DNA from: Desulfobulbus propionicus DSM 2032
GTDB taxonomy: Bacteria; Desulfobacterota; Desulfobulbia; Desulfobulbales; Desulfobulbaceae
Length of the DNA stretch: 32,000 bases
Direction of reading: 5' to 3'
Assembly: GCF_000186885.1 (NCBI RefSeq)
Contig: NC_014972.1
Span: 450,001 to 482,000, forward strand
This document shows, piece after piece, positions 26,861-32,000 of this stretch (the first letter of the stretch is position 1; each line of letters starts with the position of its first letter). Made by a program: the position numbers and the translations under genes. A model generated the notes under the pieces. That model was not told where the DNA came from and searched no databases. It saw nothing but the letters and a program-made list of their open reading frames with translations.

Positions 26861-27727
26861 TTAGAGGGAGAGGTTCTGGAGGGCGTGGTGCAAAGCGTTC
26901 GGGATGGCCCCGATCAGCTCGGCAACCTGCGTGGCCGGAGTGGGATGGGCGAACAAGCCGCACAGCCGATTGGCCGTGGCCGCGACAACGGCGGCTTGGA
27001 TCGGGGCAACACCTGATGCGCACAAGCAGGCCAGCAATCCGGTGAGCGTGTCACCTGTGCCCCCGATGGCCTCCATCGCCGGAAACGAAGGGCTGCTGAC
27101 CTCGGCAACCACCTGATCCCTGCACGCAATGTAATCCGTGCCGCCCTTCACCAGCAGATGGGTGGCGGCATTGCCGTACCGGTATGCCTGATGGATCAGT
27201 TCTTCAACCTTGTTGTGTTGATGGAGGAGGAATCCTCTTGTGTAAAAAGGATGCGGCGCCATTTCATCCGCCAAGAAAGCCAGCTCGCCGGCATCGGGCG
27301 TGAAAAAATCATAGCTGGCCGCCTGGCCACTCATCTTGGCCGCATACATGAAGCCCGCATCGGCAATCAACATCGGCGGCGTGGCCAGGGCCTCGACGGC
27401 AAAGAGCACCTTGGTGTGCCAATCCACATCGGGTTGCAGGTAATGAAAGGTGAGCACGTGCAGGTCATGCGCCTGCACGTGCTGGGTGAGGAATTGATAG
27501 ACACGCCGACTCCCTTGCCCGGTGCCGATATCTCCGGCAATGAAAGCGTAAATTTCCGGACCGTCGAGATATTCAGCCGCCTTGGCCGCCGCCGCAAGCA
27601 ACGCCGGCGTGCCGCGATGAATGGGAATACGCTGGTCGGCGAGCCACAGCTGGCCATCCAGCATGCGCGCCCGCCCATGAAGCAGCGGTACGCGGGCATC
27701 AGGAATCGTGCCAACTATGCCAAGCAT
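26861..27727 (-). CDS. Ribokinase-superfamily / YjeF_C (carbohydrate-kinase)-like protein of unknown substrate
   Basis: C-terminal AMEAIGGTGDTLTGLLACL matches the GG(S/T)GDxLxG anion-hole motif of NAD(P)HX dehydratase and HMP-kinase-type folds. The N-terminal part is divergent. The start overlaps the upstream ORF by 13 nt, which suggests translational coupling. Confidence 0.65.
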   Translation of the reverse strand: MLGIVGTIPDARVPLLHGRARMLDGQLWLADQRIPIHRGTPALLAAAAKAAEYLDGPEIYAFIAGDIGTGQGSRRVYQFLTQHVQAHDLHVLTFHYLQPDVDWHTKVLFAVEALATPPMLIADAGFMYAAKMSGQAASYDFFTPDAGELAFLADEMAPHPFYTRGFLLHQHNKVEELIHQAYRYGNAATHLLVKGGTDYIACRDQVVAEVSSPSFPAMEAIGGTGDTLTGLLACLCASGVAPIQAAVVAATANRLCGLFAHPTPATQVAELIGAIPNALHHALQNLSL

Positions 27728-28269
27728 CGCCGCCGGAGCTCCTCATGGGCCCGTTCAAGTGCGTACCCGCACAAAGTATGTCCAATGTCGCGTGGCCGGG
27801 GGGCGTCGCTGAGTTTTTTCCCCACCAGCTCGTTGGCCAGATACGGGACATCCGGGCAGCCGCCGCCGGAAATGTTGACGATTTCCAGGGTGTTCTTGGC
27901 CACGGTCATTTTCATGTTCGCGGCGCGCACCATGAGATAGTCGCCAAAATCCGTCACCGCAAACAGGTCGACCGGGGCGAGTAGCGGCGCGGTCACCGGC
28001 ACGATGCTCAGCGGAAAAATGTTCGCCCGTTCAAGCATCCGCCTGATGGCCAGTTCCTCGATCAGCGGGAACTCAATGACCAGGTCGCAGCCGGTTTGCA
28101 GCTCGGGAGGCGGCCCCATGACCCGAACCGGCATGTCCTGTTGCTTGAGCAGGGTTTCACACCGGATCACCTCGCTGGTGTGCTCAAAAACCATGATGCC
28201 GCGGCCCGCGCCATCCCCGTGGATGTCCGAACGGGGCGCGGATCTGATTCTTTTCAACCAGCCAAACAC
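27715..28269 (-). CDS. DUF3343-like (putative Se/S carrier) domain fused to an uncharacterised C-terminal Cys-containing domain
   Basis: MVFEHTSEVIRCETLLKQQDMPVRVMGPPPELQTGCDLVIEF resembles small DUF3343 proteins found next to TusA/YedE genes. The C-terminal half carries ISGGGCPDVPY. GTG 28269 lies 3 nt after, and in frame with, the TGA stop of the TusA-like ORF. ATG 28194 is an alternative start. Confidence 0.6.
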   Translation of the reverse strand: MFGWLKRIRSAPRSDIHGDGAGRGIMVFEHTSEVIRCETLLKQQDMPVRVMGPPPELQTGCDLVIEFPLIEELAIRRMLERANIFPLSIVPVTAPLLAPVDLFAVTDFGDYLMVRAANMKMTVAKNTLEIVNISGGGCPDVPYLANELVGKKLSDAPRPRDIGHTLCGYALERAHEELRRRCLA

Positions 28270-28272
28270 GAA

Positions 28273-28491
28273 TCAGCCCTTTCCGATCGTGATCCGGTAC
28301 CCATCGTCTTCGGCCACGATCTCGACGACCTGCCATCCCAGGCCGGCGGCAGCGCGGCTCACGTTTTCCCTTGCCGTATCGGTGTCCACCAGGACAACCA
28401 GTTCCTTGTTTTCCTCTTTGCGCATTGCCTCAAGGGCCATGATTACCGGTTGCGGGCAGGAAAGCCCCCGGGCGTCAACCATCGTTGGCAT
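28273..28491 (-). CDS. TusA/SirA-family sulfurtransferase-like protein (YedF-like)
   Basis: MPTMVDARGLSCPQPVIMALEAM.. has the canonical D-x-R-G-x-x-CPxP motif of the TusA/SirA/YedF family. It lies immediately downstream of yedE. Confidence 0.85.
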   Translation of the reverse strand: MPTMVDARGLSCPQPVIMALEAMRKEENKELVVLVDTDTARENVSRAAAGLGWQVVEIVAEDDGYRITIGKG

Positions 28492-28503
28492 GTGTATCTC
28501 TCC

Positions 28504-29598
28504 TTACGCGTTCTTGTTTCGCATGGTCAAGCCGATGAACAGGCACACCGCCAGCCCGACCACCACCGCCGCGATCCCATGGGGGCCGATACCGTTCGGG
28601 GTGCTGGCCAGTCCGAAATTATGGGCAAAGCCCGCGCCGACAATCATGCCCAAAACGAAAACGGCCGCGTCGCCATCCCCTTCGCCGGCGAGAAAGAGTT
28701 GCCGCCCCGGGCAGCCGCCGGCCAGGGAAAACGCGAGACCGGCCAAGCTCATGCCGGCAAAGTTCCACACATGCTGATTGTGCGCTATCGGCTGCCCGGT
28801 AAAGCCCGGATGGAACTGGCCGAGAAGCATGTTGGTGACCCACGCAAAAAAGATGAGACTGACAAAACCACTGAGCAAGTGGGTATGGCCAAACAGCAGG
28901 CCGTCGCGAATGGCGCCCATGGTGCAAAAACGGCTTCTCTGGGCAAGGATGCCGATGCCCACGCCGATGGCAAGCGAGACCCATAGCGGTGCGTGCATGG
29001 AACCTGGTCCCTTCAGGCTGTAGAAGAGAAACTCACTTTTCGCCTGACCTTCGGGTTGTGGCGCGATCAGCAGCAAGGCAAGGAAACCGAGCATGATCAG
29101 CGGCATGATCCAGCCCACGGCCGCGTGCGTCGAGTGGGTCCGGCCGAGAGTGTACCCCCGTTTCAACAGCAGGGTGCCGATCCAGATGCCGAACGTCAGG
29201 CCGGCAAGCCCCAGCAACGCGTTGCCGTCGCCGCCCGCCAATCGCAGCGCCGCCCTCCAGGGGCAACCGAGGAAAACCAGGGCCCCGATCATCGCGAAAG
29301 CTCCCAACACAAAACGAACAATGGGCGCCGAGCCCACGCGTGGACGAAACTCCTTGGCCAGATAGGCGGCAATCAATGCCCCAAGCACAAAACCGATGAT
29401 CTCGGGCCGGAGATACTGCACCACTTCCGCCCGGTGCAGGCCCAACGAGCCTGCAATGTCTCGTTCGAAGCAGGCCACGCAAATTCCCATGTTCGCGGGA
29501 TTGCCAAATTTCTGCAGAAAGGCCGCCAGGATGCCGATGATGGCACCCACGCCGACGATGCCCCACCTGGTGGCGAACACATTCTTCCCTCTCATCAA
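28504..29598 (-). CDS. yedE: YedE/YeeE-family putative selenium/sulfur-compound transporter
   Basis: Polytopic membrane protein with repeated Cys motifs: GICVACFERD, LGCPWR, RSRFCTMG and AGGCPGRQ, characteristic of the YedE family. Confidence 0.88.
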   Translation of the reverse strand: MMRGKNVFATRWGIVGVGAIIGILAAFLQKFGNPANMGICVACFERDIAGSLGLHRAEVVQYLRPEIIGFVLGALIAAYLAKEFRPRVGSAPIVRFVLGAFAMIGALVFLGCPWRAALRLAGGDGNALLGLAGLTFGIWIGTLLLKRGYTLGRTHSTHAAVGWIMPLIMLGFLALLLIAPQPEGQAKSEFLFYSLKGPGSMHAPLWVSLAIGVGIGILAQRSRFCTMGAIRDGLLFGHTHLLSGFVSLIFFAWVTNMLLGQFHPGFTGQPIAHNQHVWNFAGMSLAGLAFSLAGGCPGRQLFLAGEGDGDAAVFVLGMIVGAGFAHNFGLASTPNGIGPHGIAAVVVGLAVCLFIGLTMRNKNA

Positions 29599-29626
29599 TC
29601 ATTCCTCCTGCCTGCTATGATGCTGT

Positions 29627-29893
29627 TCAAGATTTTGCAAACGGACACGACAGGTCCGCGGCGCGGTAAATGTGCCGCTCCCCGCAACAGGGGCATGGGG
29701 CGGTGAGCACCACTTTTGCATCCAGTGTCTTGGCTCCATGCTCGTCCCGCACCACGCCGTTGTTCTCCCTTATCTCGAAATGGCAGCTGGTAAAATCCTG
29801 TCCGGTTCTCGGGCAGAGGAACAGCAAGGACATCATGGTTTGCTGCTGTTGTCGCAAGCGCTGAAACATCGTGGACCCATCGCCAAAAAGCAT
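29627..29893 (-). CDS. Small Cys-rich (zinc-ribbon-like) hypothetical protein, first ORF of the yedE operon
   Basis: ..LFLCPRTGQDF..(C-P-x-x-G) and ..APCPCCGERH.. form two Cys knuckles. The start is uncertain (ATG 29893, 29869 or 29833/29830) and no clear RBS is present. Confidence 0.45.
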   Translation of the reverse strand: MLFGDGSTMFQRLRQQQQTMMSLLFLCPRTGQDFTSCHFEIRENNGVVRDEHGAKTLDAKVVLTAPCPCCGERHIYRAADLSCPFAKS

Positions 29894-29943
29894 GTTGTCA
29901 AAAAAAGCGCCCTACGATATCATTGCGATCGTCAATAAGTCAA

Positions 29944-29958
29944 ATAGATTAAATCTAT
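29944..29958. promoter_or_regulatory. Perfect palindromic T-N11-A box (candidate LysR-type regulator binding site)
   Basis: ATAGATT-A-AATCTAT is a 7-1-7 perfect inverted repeat fitting the LTTR T-N11-A consensus. It lies 51 nt upstream of the operon's first ORF (-) and 41 nt upstream of the divergent UCA tRNA (+). Confidence 0.5.
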
Positions 29959-29998
29959 GCAAACCGTGGGGCTATCGGGAAACCCGGAGAGAAGAGTT

Positions 29999-30095
29999 GA
30001 CTGGTTGAGTTGGCTGGCGCCGGCCGCGGGCTTCAACCCCGTCGGGCCGCCTGTGCAAGGGCGGCCGTTTGGTTCGATTCCAAAACCAGTCTCCA
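29999..30095 (+). tRNA. tRNASec-like opal-reading tRNA (anticodon UCA) with a 12-bp acceptor/T branch and U73; non-canonical selC-like (possible Cys/Sec suppressor)
   Basis: Hand fold: GACTGGTT/GA/GTTGGC-TGGC-GCCGGC/C/GCGGG-CTTCAAC-CCCGT/CG/GGCCGCC-TGTGCAAG-GGCGGCC/GT/TTGG-TTCGATT-CCAA/AACCAGTC/T/CCA. It has a 6-bp D-stem with a 4-nt loop, a 7-bp variable arm, a GGTTCGATTCC T-arm and an encoded CCA. Confidence 0.8.
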
Positions 30096-30354
30096 GCATA
30101 AGGAAACCACGGGAAAAAGCACCGGAAGGGCGGGTGGAGACAAGGAGTGGGAGGGCCGGATGGGGTGAGATTCGCGGGATGGCGCGATTGTGCTGACACT
30201 CCGTCCCCGCCCCGGAATCCATGGGCGGTTTGAGGCGTTGTCTACCGATGGCGCTTGAACCCGCTCCCAGGGAACGGATGCATGCGGAGCATGGCGAGGT
30301 TCCCGGCGCGGGGTGTCACCTGGAAGCGGATCGCCTGCTCCATCGTCGACACGG

Positions 30355-31275
30355 TCAATCCGTGCGGGAGGCCCCGCCTTCCCGCTCCGCTTGTGTCCGC
30401 AGATGCTTGACAAAGGCAGAAGCGGCGGGGTGAAGCGCTTTGTTTTTGCGGGTGACGAGAGAAAAGGGGCGTTCGCCCGAAACATCCTTCACGGAAAGGG
30501 CGACCAGCGAGCCGCGCTCCAACTCCGCCCGCACGGACCGGCGCGAGAGCATCGAAATTCCCACTCCGGCCTTGACCGCCTCCTTGACCGCCTCATTGGA
30601 GCCGAATTGCGCCACCTCCCGCAGGTCGGACTCCTTGTATCCCTTGTTTTCGAGAATGTGGGCGATATTCTTCCGGGTCCCCGAGCCTTGCTCCCTGAGA
30701 ACAAAGGGCTGGGCCAGCAACTCGCTGACAGGAATCGGTTGTCGGTCGATCAGGGCGCTGCCCGGCTGGGTGATCAGAACAAGGGTGTCGTGAAAAAGCG
30801 CCTGCCATTCGAGACCGCGCTCGTTCCAAATTCCCCCGACCAAGCCAAGGTCATATTCGCCATCAAGCACTTTTTTCGCGATGGCCCGTGAGCCGCTGAC
30901 ATGCACGATGGTTTTGATTTGCGGATACTGCTGGTGAAACATGCCGACGATTGCGGGGAGAATATAGGTTCCGGGAATACTGCTGGCACCGATGAGCAAA
31001 TTGCCGACAAACTGCCCGCTATAGTGAACAATGGCCTCCACGGCCTCCTGCTGCAGGCGGAGCATTCGGGTGGCATAGCTGTACAGAAGCTGTCCGACCG
31101 GGGTTGGTTCCACCTCCCGGCCAAGGCGATCGACCAATTTTTGGCCGAGTTCCTCCTCGAGATTCCGGATATGATCGCTCACCGTCGGTTGCGAAAGCTG
31201 CACCGCCTGAGCGGCCTTGGTAAAACTTCGCAGCTCGACGACCTTGCAAAATGCGTCAAGTTTTCGGATGTCCAT
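30355..31275 (-). CDS. LysR-family transcriptional regulator (selenium-metabolism-associated LysR subtype by context)
   Basis: N-terminal wHTH MDIRKLDAFCKVVELRSFTKAAQAVQLSQPTVSDHIRNLEEELGQKLVDR plus a LysR substrate-binding domain. It lies upstream of the yedE/tusA cluster. Confidence 0.88.
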   Translation of the reverse strand: MDIRKLDAFCKVVELRSFTKAAQAVQLSQPTVSDHIRNLEEELGQKLVDRLGREVEPTPVGQLLYSYATRMLRLQQEAVEAIVHYSGQFVGNLLIGASSIPGTYILPAIVGMFHQQYPQIKTIVHVSGSRAIAKKVLDGEYDLGLVGGIWNERGLEWQALFHDTLVLITQPGSALIDRQPIPVSELLAQPFVLREQGSGTRKNIAHILENKGYKESDLREVAQFGSNEAVKEAVKAGVGISMLSRRSVRAELERGSLVALSVKDVSGERPFSLVTRKNKALHPAASAFVKHLRTQAEREGGASRTD

Positions 31276-31470
31276 TTCTGTTATCGATCATCAGAGGGGT
31301 CAGATTTGTGACCGTTTGGGGCCGCCCGCCTGCCGGGTGCCGCCGCAACCGGCCGCCGGGGCGTGCAGCTCGGGCTGTCCTTGACCTGTTCGGGGGCAGT
31401 GCCACAATCGCTCCCAGGGAAAGAAAAGAACCGTCCCACACGGTCACGGCAAGAGCGTTCTCCTTCTTTC

Positions 31471-32000
31471 TCAGCGTCCCGTACCCTTTTTTCGTATGCC
31501 CAGTCTGGTCGCCAGATTGTGCAGATTGCTCCTGTTCATGCCCAGTTCCCGGGCCGCTGCGGCCCAATTCCCTTGGTTTCTTTCCAGAGTTTCTTTGATG
31601 AGTCGAATCTCGTAGGCCTTGACCACAGCCTTCAGGGAGATCCCCTGGCGCCCGATGGCCAGAACTGGTTCGAGGGCACTCCGGGTCAAGGGAGCCTGCA
31701 CGTTGAGGTCGCCGCTGACAAAGGCCGGGGTGACCGTCACCTCCTTGCCGCCGAGTTGCGTGGCGGACGCCTTGAGCACGGATCGGGAAATGACGTTGTC
31801 CAATTCGCGAACATTGCCTGGCCAGGCGTAGCGCGTCAGCAGGTCCAGCGCCTCCTCGCTGATCCGCACCTGATGCAGGCCCAGATTGATTCGCGCTTTT
31901 TCGGCAAAAAAATCAGCGAGCAGGGGAACGTCCTCGCGCCGTTCCCTCAGAGGCGCCACGTTGATGGGGTAGACATTCAAGCGGTGATAGAGATCGGCTC
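31471..32000 (-). CDS. Sigma-54-dependent Fis-family transcriptional activator (C-terminal part; N-terminus beyond the window edge)
   Basis: The frame is open to base 32000. Translation is ..DLYHRLNVYPINVAPLRERREDVPLLADFF..YAWPGNVRELDNVI.. (AAA+ sigma-54 interaction domain end) with a C-terminal Fis-type HTH NQGNWAAAARELGMNRSNLHNLATRLGI. Confidence 0.88.
   Translation of the reverse strand, partial: ADLYHRLNVYPINVAPLRERREDVPLLADFFAEKARINLGLHQVRISEEALDLLTRYAWPGNVRELDNVISRSVLKASATQLGGKEVTVTPAFVSGDLNVQAPLTRSALEPVLAIGRQGISLKAVVKAYEIRLIKETLERNQGNWAAAARELGMNRSNLHNLATRLGIRKKGTGR

Noticed and set aside
25658-27016. 452-aa plus-strand ORF, together with other plus-strand ORFs across 24110-25751
   Set aside because: All overlap the recD2 coding strand in antisense, and recD2 has unambiguous helicase motifs. 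The 452-aa ORF also runs across the recD2 start and the neighbouring gene's stop.
28206-28261. Declaring a bona fide SECIS element downstream of the in-frame TGA
   Set aside because: The near hairpin is weak (6 bp including a G-U pair). The strong hairpin starts 31 nt after the UGA, which puts its apical loop beyond the usual bacterial SECIS window. Neither can be validated by eye, so they are kept only as items to test.
29999-30095. Calling this tRNA a canonical selC (tRNA-Sec)
   Set aside because: The acceptor plus T branch has only 12 bp (8/4 or 7/5) instead of the bacterial tRNASec 8/5. The discriminator is U, not G. No selA, selB or selD is present in the window. It is therefore reported as tRNASec-like with unresolved identity.
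1-32000. CRISPR arrays, rRNA genes, intact mobile elements, and toxin-antitoxin or defence-island signatures
   Set aside because: No regularly spaced direct repeats, no rRNA-like sequence, and no intact transposase, integrase or phage genes were seen. RecD2 stands alone, without the partner genes expected of a helicase-based defence system.

Overview
High-GC (~60%) bacterial chromosomal window. Gene content suggests a sulfate-reducer-type deltaproteobacterium, but that is inference only. I support about 30 protein genes, 3 tRNAs, one transposase remnant and several terminators or attenuators.

Layout, left to right:
- 1-704: radical-SAM gene, truncated by the window edge.
- 803-4574: ilvB-ilvN operon with a Val-rich leader peptide and attenuator, then an AlaC-like aminotransferase with its own candidate leader and terminator.
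- 4689-7431: duplicated-ATPase ABC protein, a DsrE-like protein, and hemerythrin.
- 8051-10109: uvrC overlapping a BFD-like [2Fe-2S] ORF.
- 10805-13934: SRPBCC protein, DedA, uppP and an AI-2E transporter.
- 14206-14803: convergent tRNA-Pro(UGG) and tRNA-Val(CAC) bracketing an IS630 transposase remnant, next to a low-GC islet.
- 15697-19056: MscS channel, SLT transglycosylase and an esterase.
- 19614-23990: a 611-aa unknown protein followed by a CLCA-like HExxH metalloprotease-VWA membrane protein.
- 24164-26662: recD2.
- 26861-31275: a selenium/sulfur-trafficking cluster (LysR regulator, Zn-ribbon-like ORF, YedE, TusA/YedF-like, DUF3343-like fusion, ribokinase-fold protein).
- 31471-32000: 3' part of a sigma-54 activator gene; its N-terminal coding region lies beyond the window edge.

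The most interesting signal is an unannotated-looking tRNA at 29999-30095 (+), inside the selenium cluster. It has a UCA (opal-reading) anticodon and tRNASec-like D and variable arms. However, it has only a 12-bp acceptor/T branch and a U73 discriminator, so it is not a canonical selC. It sits divergent to the yedE operon across a perfect T-N11-A palindrome. That operon also contains a single in-frame TGA that separates the TusA-like ORF from the DUF3343-like ORF.

Many long ORFs in the track are antisense or out-of-frame shadows of real genes, as expected at this GC content, and were rejected.
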